In this document: positions 15,376 to 22,905 of the stretch, piece after piece
How positions within the stretch are numbered: position 1 is the first letter of the stretch
Layout of the letters: every line of letters begins with the position of its first letter
Source: a virus
Taxonomy: Duplodnaviria; Caudoviricetes
Length of the DNA stretch: 64,000 nt
Virus record (IMG/VR): IMGVR_UViG_3300033463_000023
Span: 64,001 to 128,000 of that record
Strand: one strand, 5' to 3'
Program-made: the position numbers and the translations under genes
The notes under the pieces: model-generated
The model's database searches: none
The model's input: the letters and a program-made list of their open reading frames with translations, nothing else
What the model was told of the DNA's origin: nothing

Positions 15376-15936
15376 TTAGCCGTTGCATCCGCATCCGGGA
15401 CAAGCACAGGGCTGGGGAGCCGAGTAGATCATCACGGGAGTGGGGTTCAGGCTCGACTTGCCGGTGATGGCATCGCTCAGCGTCTGCTGCATGATGTTCT
15501 GCACGGTGGTGTCGATGGCAGAGGTCTGGCTCTGGCTGGTGGTCTGCGAGCCGCTCTGCTGGCCGGAGATCGAGTCGGTGATGTTCTGCGACAGCGTGAT
15601 GTCGCCGGCGATGCGCTCGCTGCGCTCGGCGGCCACGGTGCCTGCAAGCGTCTGCACCAGGTCGCGCAGGCCGTCGTTCTTGGCGATGGCCAGCTCCTTG
15701 GCGCTCTGGGCGGCCTCCTTGGCCTCCCTGCCCTTGGCGGCTGCCTGCATGCCTCCGAAGATCCAGGCGGTGATGCCGGCTGCTACTGCGACCGAGCCGA
15801 CGGTCAGTCCGGCGATTGCCACGCCGCTGGGCTTCTTGGCCGACATGTAGTCGAGCTTCACCTGCTCATAGGGAGTCATCCCTTCCTTCTCGCCCATCGA
15901 GCGGAGGGCCATCAGGTCTTGCATTTCAAGTGCCAT
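15376..15936 (-). CDS. Membrane-anchored protein with Cys-rich C-terminus, first gene of the operon
   Basis: TM-like GVAIAGLTVGSVAVAAGITAWIFGG; ends PQPCACPGCGCNG. Confidence 0.75.
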   Translation of the reverse strand: MALEMQDLMALRSMGEKEGMTPYEQVKLDYMSAKKPSGVAIAGLTVGSVAVAAGITAWIFGGMQAAAKGREAKEAAQSAKELAIAKNDGLRDLVQTLAGTVAAERSERIAGDITLSQNITDSISGQQSGSQTTSQSQTSAIDTTVQNIMQQTLSDAITGKSSLNPTPVMIYSAPQPCACPGCGCNG

Positions 15937-16014
15937 AATCCTTAAAGTTTTTGTGTTGTGAATAATAGGGTGAACTGTAGCGGACTTGCGGGGACCGGTC
16001 CCCTTTGTCCGCTA

Positions 16015-16046
16015 CAAAGTTACGCCCGATATCCGCCGTCTCCAAA
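16015..16046 (-). promoter_or_regulatory. Bacteroidetes primary-sigma promoter for the 15936-12422 operon
   Basis: Minus strand TTTG (16046-16043)-N20-TAACTTTG (16022-16015). Confidence 0.7.
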
Positions 16047-16067
16047 GATTACGGCAAAAAGGGCGGG

Positions 16068-16361
16068 TCACGGCGTGAACCTCCGCGAGAGCCGCTTGAC
16101 GACGCGCTTCGCGGTGGACTCGCTGACGCGGTACTTCTTCCGGAAGTGCTGCCAGATGCGCTCCTTGGGCACGCCGTCGCGCCTGAGCGACAGGTACTCC
16201 TCGTACATCGGGACGTGCCTGGCGTCGCCGACGGACAGGCCAAACTTTGACATGGTTTCCACTTGACATAGATTAAGTTTTAGCAGCATGTAGCCACTAA
16301 TGGTGCCTATGTCGTCAGGGTTTTCGGAATGATTGTTGTAATTTTGCATCCGATTTCGCAT
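16068..16361 (-). CDS. Small helix-turn-helix protein (start uncertain)
   Basis: C-terminal HTH-like IWQHFRKKYRVSESTAKRVVKRL. Confidence 0.7.
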   Translation of the reverse strand: MRNRMQNYNNHSENPDDIGTISGYMLLKLNLCQVETMSKFGLSVGDARHVPMYEEYLSLRRDGVPKERIWQHFRKKYRVSESTAKRVVKRLSRRFTP

Positions 16362-16480
16362 ACTTTAATGATGATACATACTACAGGAGGGCTTAAGGGA
16401 GTCCCCTGCCGGCCGCGTAGTATGTATCGACCTGCGAAATCGGATGCAAGACGGCTGGCGGGGACTTCTGTTTCTTTCCC
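16344..16480 (+). ncRNA. Candidate structured sRNA or leader
   Basis: TAATTTTG -7 box at 16339-16346; perfect inverted repeats 16344-16360/16433-16449 and 16373-16384/16417-16428; alternative stem 16400-16415/16452-16466 followed by a T-rich tract. Confidence 0.45.
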
Positions 16481-17128
16481 TTAGACGGCGGCGTCCTCTG
16501 CCGCTGGTTCCGCGGCGGATTCCCTGGCCCTGCGGCCGCCCTTCCGCTTGGGCTCCGGCCTCTCCGTCTCTGTGGCCTCTGTCTCCTCCGCGGCCTCAGT
16601 CTCCTCCGTGGTCTCTGTGACTTTGGCGTACTTCTCCCAGAGGGCCTTCACCTTCTCCGGGTCCGTCGTGGCCTCGGCGGTGAACGGGTTGCCGTAGCGC
16701 ATGTTCACGGGGCCGGTGACGGCGAAGTCGGGCAGCAGGATCGCGGTGTCGGCCTGCTCGCGGTCCATGACCGTCAGGCGGCCGCCGAAGGCGCCGGTGC
16801 CCAGCCACTCCTCGACGGCGGGCGACAGCGCCACGCTGGTGACGAGGGTCAGGCGGCTGACGGCGTCGAGCCGTCCCTGCCCGTCCATGCGGGCCCACGT
16901 CTTCCGCATCCACCGCCCGATGACGTCGCATGCGAGGTCCGGCAGCGACGGGGCGGCGATGAGCAGCTCCGTCTCCGAGTAGCGCGTGAGGATGGCGGGC
17001 AGCAGCTCCGCCAGCGACAGGTCGCCGTAGCCCGCGAAGGCCATGGTGCCGCCGCCGGCGATGGCCCTGCGCAGCCCCATCAGCTGGCGGGGAGCGCAGC
17101 AAGGTTCGATTATCTTCATGACTGTCAT
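16481..17128 (-). CDS. Hypothetical protein, possibly a degenerate phospholipase-D-like fold
   Basis: Likely start 17128; DLSLAELL...AVTGPVN pattern without the HKD histidine; Thr/Glu repeat tail. Confidence 0.6.
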   Translation of the reverse strand: MTVMKIIEPCCAPRQLMGLRRAIAGGGTMAFAGYGDLSLAELLPAILTRYSETELLIAAPSLPDLACDVIGRWMRKTWARMDGQGRLDAVSRLTLVTSVALSPAVEEWLGTGAFGGRLTVMDREQADTAILLPDFAVTGPVNMRYGNPFTAEATTDPEKVKALWEKYAKVTETTEETEAAEETEATETERPEPKRKGGRRARESAAEPAAEDAAV

Positions 17129-17216
17129 TTTTTTCGGTTGTCGTTTGTCAATCAGGAATCGGGGCCCGGGCTGCATGGCCCGAGCCCCGACGGTATGAGA
17201 GAGTGCGCGCGGGCGC

Positions 17217-17771
17217 CTATGCGGCGTCCTCCTGCTCGATGGTGCCCACCCACTTCGTGACGGGATAGAGCATGTACGGGCAGTTCACGGTGAAGGTGCT
17301 GCCGTGGTCGTCGGTGCGGGCGGCGCCCGAGTCGAACGTCACCTGGATCTCGGCCTCGCCGTTCTCGTTGCCGATGACGATGTACTCGGACTTGCCCTCG
17401 ACCTTCTTGCCCGTGGGCACGAAGTAGAGGTTCTTGTCGGAGTTGTGCAGGATGCGGCTGGTGAAGGCCATGATGTCCTCGCCCATCTCCACGCGGCCGG
17501 TGACGGAGCCCGACCAGCCCTTGCCGGTGCCGTTGTCCTCCGAGGTGACCTGGCCGGTCTGCGCCTTGAAGTCGATGCGGTAGCCCTTCAGGGCCGTGGC
17601 CTGGCTTCCTGCCGGGGTGATGGTGTACTGGTTCTGTGTGTCGTCGGCGGCCATGGAGGCGATGTGGTCCTCGTCGAAGGGGACTACGAACAGGAAGTTC
17701 GATACGCCGGCGGGGTTCTCGACGCAGCTGGCGCTGGAGAGAACGCTCTTGGGGATACATGAAAGTGGCAT
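17217..17771 (-). CDS. Probable major tail (tube) protein
   Basis: 184 aa, beta-rich, N-terminal C...ENPAG, directly downstream of the capsid gene. Confidence 0.55.
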   Translation of the reverse strand: MPLSCIPKSVLSSASCVENPAGVSNFLFVVPFDEDHIASMAADDTQNQYTITPAGSQATALKGYRIDFKAQTGQVTSEDNGTGKGWSGSVTGRVEMGEDIMAFTSRILHNSDKNLYFVPTGKKVEGKSEYIVIGNENGEAEIQVTFDSGAARTDDHGSTFTVNCPYMLYPVTKWVGTIEQEDAA

Positions 17772-17886
17772 AATGATACTAATTTTGTGTTTGTGTTGTG
17801 GATTGACTGATGACTGTTGCCGGAGGCCAGAGGGCGGGGCTTTCGCCTTTGGAGCTACTCGCCCCGGCTCACCTCCGGTAGGGAGA

Positions 17887-19173
17887 CTACTCGGCCTCGA
17901 ACTGGGCCACGAGGTTCTTCACGCCGCCGCCGAACTCGTAGTTGAGCGGGTTGTCGGTGAAGGTCTTCACGCCGTCGCTCCAGCCTGCGAGCTTGAAGCC
18001 GCTTTTAGGCGTGGCGGTCACGGTGATGGTGTCGCCGTCGGCGTAGAGGTCCTTCTGGCCAGAGGTGATGGCCACGGTGCCCTCTGTCTCGTCGGCGCTG
18101 GTCACGGTGAAGATGTCGGCGATGTACTGGCCGGGCGTCCAGTCATACGTGTTGACGGCGTCGTTGCAGGCGAAGTACATCGGGTCGTAGTCGCGGATGC
18201 GGGTCGTGGCGGCCGAGTTGATCTGGTAGCCGATGATCGACAGGTCGTCGTTGGTCTGGCCGATGCGGATGTTGGCCTTTCCCTCGCGCGTGTCGCAGAT
18301 GAACTCCAGGATGTCCTCGCGGCAGACGGCGATGAGCTGTCCGCCGGTACCCATGGCGGCCGAGGTCTTCAGCGTCAGGTTGGGCATCTCGGCAAACTTC
18401 CAGCTGGCCTCCAGCACGGTCGGGGAGATCTGCGGGAAGGTGAGCATGTAGCCCTTCACGGCCAGGCGGCAGAACTCGTCGGAGGCGAGGATGGTGAGCT
18501 TGTTCTCCGGCTTCTTCATGTGGGGATGGAGGGCGCCGTAGAACTTCACGAGCAGCTCGTAGACCTCGACGGGTGTCAGGGGGACGGTGTTGCCGCCCAC
18601 CTGCTTGGTCAGGCCGCCGGTCATGATCAGGTTGCGGTTGGCGACCGAGATGGTGCCGTCGGTACGCTTCTGGGCGATGAGCGTGTAGAATCCGTCGAAC
18701 AGCGAGAGGCCGAGCTTCACCTGGTTGGCGGGTACGTCAGGCAGGTTGCGGTTGGCCTTGTTGCCGAAGAAGATGTTGAAGCGGACGTCCTCGGCGGCAC
18801 GGCCGGCGATCTCCTCCATGTTCTTGCGCGACATCACGGCCTCGTCGGCGGCGTTGACCACGTTGAAGGGGCCCTTCTCGCGGTAGCGCTCGATGCTGTC
18901 CTCGGCCTTGATGTAGTACGGCTCGACCTTCGCGGGGTTGTCCACGATCTTGGCGAGCTGGGAGTTCTTCACGTTGCCCACGCGGTACGGGCGTGCCACG
19001 AGGCCCTTGCGGTTGAAAATCTGACAGACGTCGATGTTCTCCACGTCGGTCGTCACCATGATCCCGAGGTTGCCGAACATGGCATCGTCGAGCAGGTAGG
19101 CCTTGGCCACCAGCTCCTCATGGATCTGTTCCTTGACATGCTGGATGTCACTGATGTTAAGTGCGTAAGACAT
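17887..19173 (-). CDS. Major capsid protein with C-terminal InlB-B-repeat-like domain
   Basis: Follows the protease/scaffold gene; FDGFYTLI motif; C-terminal TVTSAD...GTV...Y.DGDTITVTATPKSGFKLAGWSDG...NP...LVAQFE. Confidence 0.75.
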   Translation of the reverse strand: MSYALNISDIQHVKEQIHEELVAKAYLLDDAMFGNLGIMVTTDVENIDVCQIFNRKGLVARPYRVGNVKNSQLAKIVDNPAKVEPYYIKAEDSIERYREKGPFNVVNAADEAVMSRKNMEEIAGRAAEDVRFNIFFGNKANRNLPDVPANQVKLGLSLFDGFYTLIAQKRTDGTISVANRNLIMTGGLTKQVGGNTVPLTPVEVYELLVKFYGALHPHMKKPENKLTILASDEFCRLAVKGYMLTFPQISPTVLEASWKFAEMPNLTLKTSAAMGTGGQLIAVCREDILEFICDTREGKANIRIGQTNDDLSIIGYQINSAATTRIRDYDPMYFACNDAVNTYDWTPGQYIADIFTVTSADETEGTVAITSGQKDLYADGDTITVTATPKSGFKLAGWSDGVKTFTDNPLNYEFGGGVKNLVAQFEAE

Positions 19174-19224
19174 AATCTTTGTGTTGTGTTAATGGATGAA
19201 TACTATTGTTGTTTGTGTTGGTGG

Positions 19225-21207
19225 TCACTTGCCTGCGGCCTGGCGCTCCCTGGCGACCTCGCGGACGTGCTCGTAGGTCATGTTCTCGCGGGTGATGCGC
19301 TTCTCGCGGACCTTCGGGGCGTCGCCCGTGCCGTTGCCGGCGGGGATGCCGGCGGCTGCGTCGACCATGGGCGTCTCCGTGCCGGAGAGCTCCCTGACCT
19401 CGGCCTTCAGGTCGGCGACCTGCTTCTGCAGCTTCCCGATCTCGGCGTCCTTGGCGGCGATGTCGGCGTCGCGCTGCGCGATGGTGGCGACGTGCTCGGC
19501 GATGGTCTTGTCCCTGGCCTCGACGTCGGCCTTCAGGTTGCCGACGGTTGCCTGCTCCTCGGCGAGCGAGAACTTGATCTCCTCGATCTCCCTGTCGCGG
19601 TCGGCAATCATCTGCTCTGCGCCGTGCAGCGTCTCCTGGATCCTGCCGATCTCGGCCTGGGCTTCCTCTATAGACTTGTCGGAAGGCTGTGCAGCGGCGG
19701 CTTGCTCACCGGCGCCTTCGCCGGCTCCCTCGCCCTCGCCTTCGCCAGAGCCTTCTCCTTCTCCAGAGCCCTCGCCTTCGCCCTCGCCTTCGCCAGAGCC
19801 TTCAGCGGCGCCCTCACCTTCGCCTTCCTGAGCGCCTTCCTGTGCGCCCTCTCCGGCACCTTCCTGGGAACCTTCTCCGGCGCCTTCCTGTGCGCCCTCG
19901 CCTGCTCCCTCGCCGGCAGCCTGAGCCTCGGCCTCCTGGCCTTCAGCCTGCGCCCCGGCGTCCTGTCCTTCGGCCTGGGCTGCTGCAGCCTCCTGGGCCT
20001 TCTTCTCTTCTTCTGTCATATCCTCTTTGTTTTTAGGGGTTGCTACTTCTTCCATGTAGGGGCCGAGGAATCCCTGTCTCTCGGCACTGACATGGCCGTC
20101 GTCGACGACCGTCAGGTTCCCTTTCTCGTTGTTGACGGCTGCCTTCTGCTGTGCGTTCAGCCTGGCAAGTTCCTCGGGCTCCTTGCCCTCGGGCTCGTCA
20201 TCGGGCTTCTCCTCGGGCTCCGGGGCCGTCATGAAGCGGGCGGCGGTCATCGTCTCGTCGGCCAGCTGGAACACGCACTCGATGGCGCGGTTGAAGTCGC
20301 CGATCTCGTCGACCAGGGCGGGTATCACCTCCTCGGCATCGAACATCTTGCCCGAGAGCATGTCGTCGGTCACCAGCGGGCGGTTCTCGCGCACCGTCTG
20401 ATGGAACTCCTCGGTGTCCTTGTCCAGGTCAGCCTGCAGCTTCTCGTACTCGCCCTTGGCGGCCTCGCGCCACCAGGCGTTCTTCTCGGGGCAGTCCTTG
20501 CCGACGAGCTCCACGTAGCGGAAGCCGTCGCTGTCCACGGTGTCGTGGGCCACGGACCAGAACGCGACCATCGTGCCGATGCAGCCGTAGCCGTCCTTGG
20601 GGTTCATCACGATCACGCGGTCCGTGCGGCAGGTGAGCCCGACGCCGGACGAGGCGCACATCCCGTCGACGAACGACACCGTCGGCTTGCCCTTCTCGCG
20701 GCAGTCGGCGATCATCATGTCGTAGTCGTTGCGGCAGGAGGACTCGCCTCCCGGGGTGTTGACCACGAAGACGTGGCCTATGACCTGCGGTATGGTGTTG
20801 GCGTACATCACCTGGTCGCGCCAGTCCTTCGACCCGTAGGAGCAGCCGCCGCCGTCACGCGTGATGGGGCCGTCCACGACGACCACGTTGATGATCTGGT
20901 CGTCGTCCTGGAGCTCCTCGTCGTTCCAGTACAGGTGGCGCTCGATGCTCTCGATGTTCCCGACGTACGTCTTGTCGAAGCCTACGTGTATGTCGCTGTA
21001 GAGCAGTCTTTCGCTGAAGTCGGCGCCGACGGTCTGTCCGTCCTTCTGGCAGCCCTTCTTCGACAGGAAGAAGCCGTGCTTCTTCTCGATGTCGTTGTCC
21101 AGATGCAGCTCGATGGCATTCTTCAAGGCAGTGGCATACGTCTGAGCCATGCCTGGATGGAAGTCCCATTTCTTGTTATGCAAGATTGAAAGTAATCCTA
21201 TGTTCAT
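19225..21207 (-). CDS. S49 (SppA/ClpP-like) prohead protease fused to scaffold
   Basis: VNTPGGE, DGMCASSG, GCIGT motifs; Gly/Glu/Ala low-complexity linker; C-terminal coiled coil. Confidence 0.85.
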   Translation of the reverse strand: MNIGLLSILHNKKWDFHPGMAQTYATALKNAIELHLDNDIEKKHGFFLSKKGCQKDGQTVGADFSERLLYSDIHVGFDKTYVGNIESIERHLYWNDEELQDDDQIINVVVVDGPITRDGGGCSYGSKDWRDQVMYANTIPQVIGHVFVVNTPGGESSCRNDYDMMIADCREKGKPTVSFVDGMCASSGVGLTCRTDRVIVMNPKDGYGCIGTMVAFWSVAHDTVDSDGFRYVELVGKDCPEKNAWWREAAKGEYEKLQADLDKDTEEFHQTVRENRPLVTDDMLSGKMFDAEEVIPALVDEIGDFNRAIECVFQLADETMTAARFMTAPEPEEKPDDEPEGKEPEELARLNAQQKAAVNNEKGNLTVVDDGHVSAERQGFLGPYMEEVATPKNKEDMTEEEKKAQEAAAAQAEGQDAGAQAEGQEAEAQAAGEGAGEGAQEGAGEGSQEGAGEGAQEGAQEGEGEGAAEGSGEGEGEGEGSGEGEGSGEGEGEGAGEGAGEQAAAAQPSDKSIEEAQAEIGRIQETLHGAEQMIADRDREIEEIKFSLAEEQATVGNLKADVEARDKTIAEHVATIAQRDADIAAKDAEIGKLQKQVADLKAEVRELSGTETPMVDAAAGIPAGNGTGDAPKVREKRITRENMTYEHVREVARERQAAGK

Positions 21208-21248
21208 ATCCTTGTATCTTTTAGGGCTTTACGCCCGTTCTTCTTTCC

Positions 21249-21284
21249 GCAATTTACGGCATACGGGCGCCGGAGTCAAGGGCA
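21249..21284 (-). promoter_or_regulatory. Candidate phage late promoter, copy 2
   Basis: TGCCCTTG-N20-TAAATTGC upstream of protease ATG 21207. Confidence 0.7.
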
Positions 21285-21341
21285 GGGCATGTATTCTCTG
21301 TTCGTTGTCCACTGTCCGTTGTTCGTTGGGGCGCAGCCCGC

Positions 21342-22763
21342 TTACTTGTGCTCAGGCGTGCGGTGCGTGTGCGGGAAACCAGTAAATAGCTTCTTCGAGT
21401 TCTGCTCGCACATCTCCCTCCTGCGCCTGCACTCCGCCTGCTCGCGGTGCTCCGCGTCGCTCTTTGCCTGTGCCTCGCGCTCGCGCACGCTATTGTATAT
21501 AGGTGTGCCAACGGCCGCCTCGCCCAGCCTGTTGAGGTTATCCTCGATGAACTGGCAGGCCATGGCCATCGCCTGCTGCGCGTCGGTCATGGAGTCGCGC
21601 CTTGCCAGCTTCTCCTGCTTCGGTCCTATCTCCACGCGCCGGCTCTCCACGTAGAAGGCCAGCGCCGTGCGTAGCATGTCGAGCAGCTCGTCGCCCGTGC
21701 CGTCGGTCCAGCTCGATGGTACCAGATGCTCCTCGCCCTGGTCGGCCTTGATGTGCATGCCGTCATCATCCACCTCGTAGCGCCGCAGTTTCCCGCTGTC
21801 ACCGCTCTTCTCCTCCACCGTCACGTTCATGCCGCCCGTGCCGTCGGGAGCCCATTGGCGCGTCTGCCCGCCGGAGCGGTAGGTCACGCCCTCGTCGGTC
21901 CTGATCGTCGCCTCGCCGTCCTTGTCGATGGTGATGCGCTCCTGTATCTTCCTCGGGTCGGTGTTGGCGAAGGCCACGACGGCCTTCAGCAGCTTTGCGC
22001 CGATGCGGGTCTTCAGGTACGTGTTCTGGCAGAAGCGGATGTCACGCACCAGCTGCACGTAGGCCATCCTCTCCCCCTTGATATCCAAGTACTCGTTCAG
22101 TACCCTCGCCGTCTGGAACAGCAGGTCCTTGTGCAGATAGAAGGCGTCGGCATCGCTCCACTTGTCGGTGAAGAGCCGTGCGTCCTTTGCGTCGGCCTCG
22201 AGGAACAGCAGAATGTCGTCGATGGCGCGTCCGGCAGCCATATACGCATCCTTTCTCATTTCCTCCTTGTCCTTTTCTGTTGCGGGCTCATATCCGTCGG
22301 CACTGACTTTATTCATGCCGCCGCCTTCGTTGAACGAGACGGACAACAATCCCGCCTTGTGGGAGAGCATCTTGTACCACTCAATGCGCTGACAGATCCT
22401 GATGAGCCTGATGGTCTTCAGGTCGTCGGCCGGCACGTCCTTCTCGCCGGGCTCCGGGGTCACATACGTCTCGCGGTACTTGCCCTGCTGTATCTGCTCC
22501 AGTCTTTCGGTGACATCTGCATGTGCAAGCTCCGCGTCCTTCTTGGCCTTGCCCGTCGGGCGTACGGTCGTCGCCGTGATGTCGGTATAGGTCTCGCGCA
22601 GGCGGTCGTACTCGCCCAGCAGCCACTGGTACAGGCTCGTGCCCAGCAGCGGCTCCAGTGCCACGGCTTCCTCCTCCTCGATATACCCGAAGAGCTGCTG
22701 CGGCCGGTCCCACCGCGCCGTCGGCATCAGCGACTGTATCTCGTTCTGTGTGGTGATGAACAT
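21342..22763 (-). CDS. Probable head-tail connector/adaptor (DUF6712-like)
   Basis: Duplicated E/Q...L...(L/I)G..L helical module typical of Bacteroidales phage adaptors; position in the morphogenesis block. Confidence 0.55.
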   Translation of the reverse strand: MFITTQNEIQSLMPTARWDRPQQLFGYIEEEEAVALEPLLGTSLYQWLLGEYDRLRETYTDITATTVRPTGKAKKDAELAHADVTERLEQIQQGKYRETYVTPEPGEKDVPADDLKTIRLIRICQRIEWYKMLSHKAGLLSVSFNEGGGMNKVSADGYEPATEKDKEEMRKDAYMAAGRAIDDILLFLEADAKDARLFTDKWSDADAFYLHKDLLFQTARVLNEYLDIKGERMAYVQLVRDIRFCQNTYLKTRIGAKLLKAVVAFANTDPRKIQERITIDKDGEATIRTDEGVTYRSGGQTRQWAPDGTGGMNVTVEEKSGDSGKLRRYEVDDDGMHIKADQGEEHLVPSSWTDGTGDELLDMLRTALAFYVESRRVEIGPKQEKLARRDSMTDAQQAMAMACQFIEDNLNRLGEAAVGTPIYNSVREREAQAKSDAEHREQAECRRRREMCEQNSKKLFTGFPHTHRTPEHK

Positions 22764-22782
22764 TGCCTTCCTGTTTTTATCC

Positions 22783-22818
22783 GAAAGATACGGCGCGCGG
22801 GCGCCGGAATCAAGGGCA
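22783..22818 (-). promoter_or_regulatory. Candidate phage late promoter, copy 3
   Basis: TGCCCTTG-N20-TATCTTTC upstream of ATG 22763. Confidence 0.7.
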
Positions 22819-22905
22819 GACGAGCCGAGCGCAGAGACGCGAACCTCGTTCGTAGTCTATGCCGAGGCGAGGACGGCACTCGGCGAAGCCAAGGGCGGCG
22901 GCTGC

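Noticed and set aside
18668-18676. TTCTGGGCG inside the capsid gene (and CGCCCAGAA at 49592-49600)
   Set aside because: Isolated 9-mers within GC-rich coding sequence, without spacer or cassette context; compatible with chance.
17596-21189. 1197-aa + strand ORF and other long antisense ORFs (9774-11549, 24652-27273, 61144-62748, 43278-44429)
   Set aside because: Shadow frames of GC3-rich genes on the opposite strand; no motifs and biased composition.
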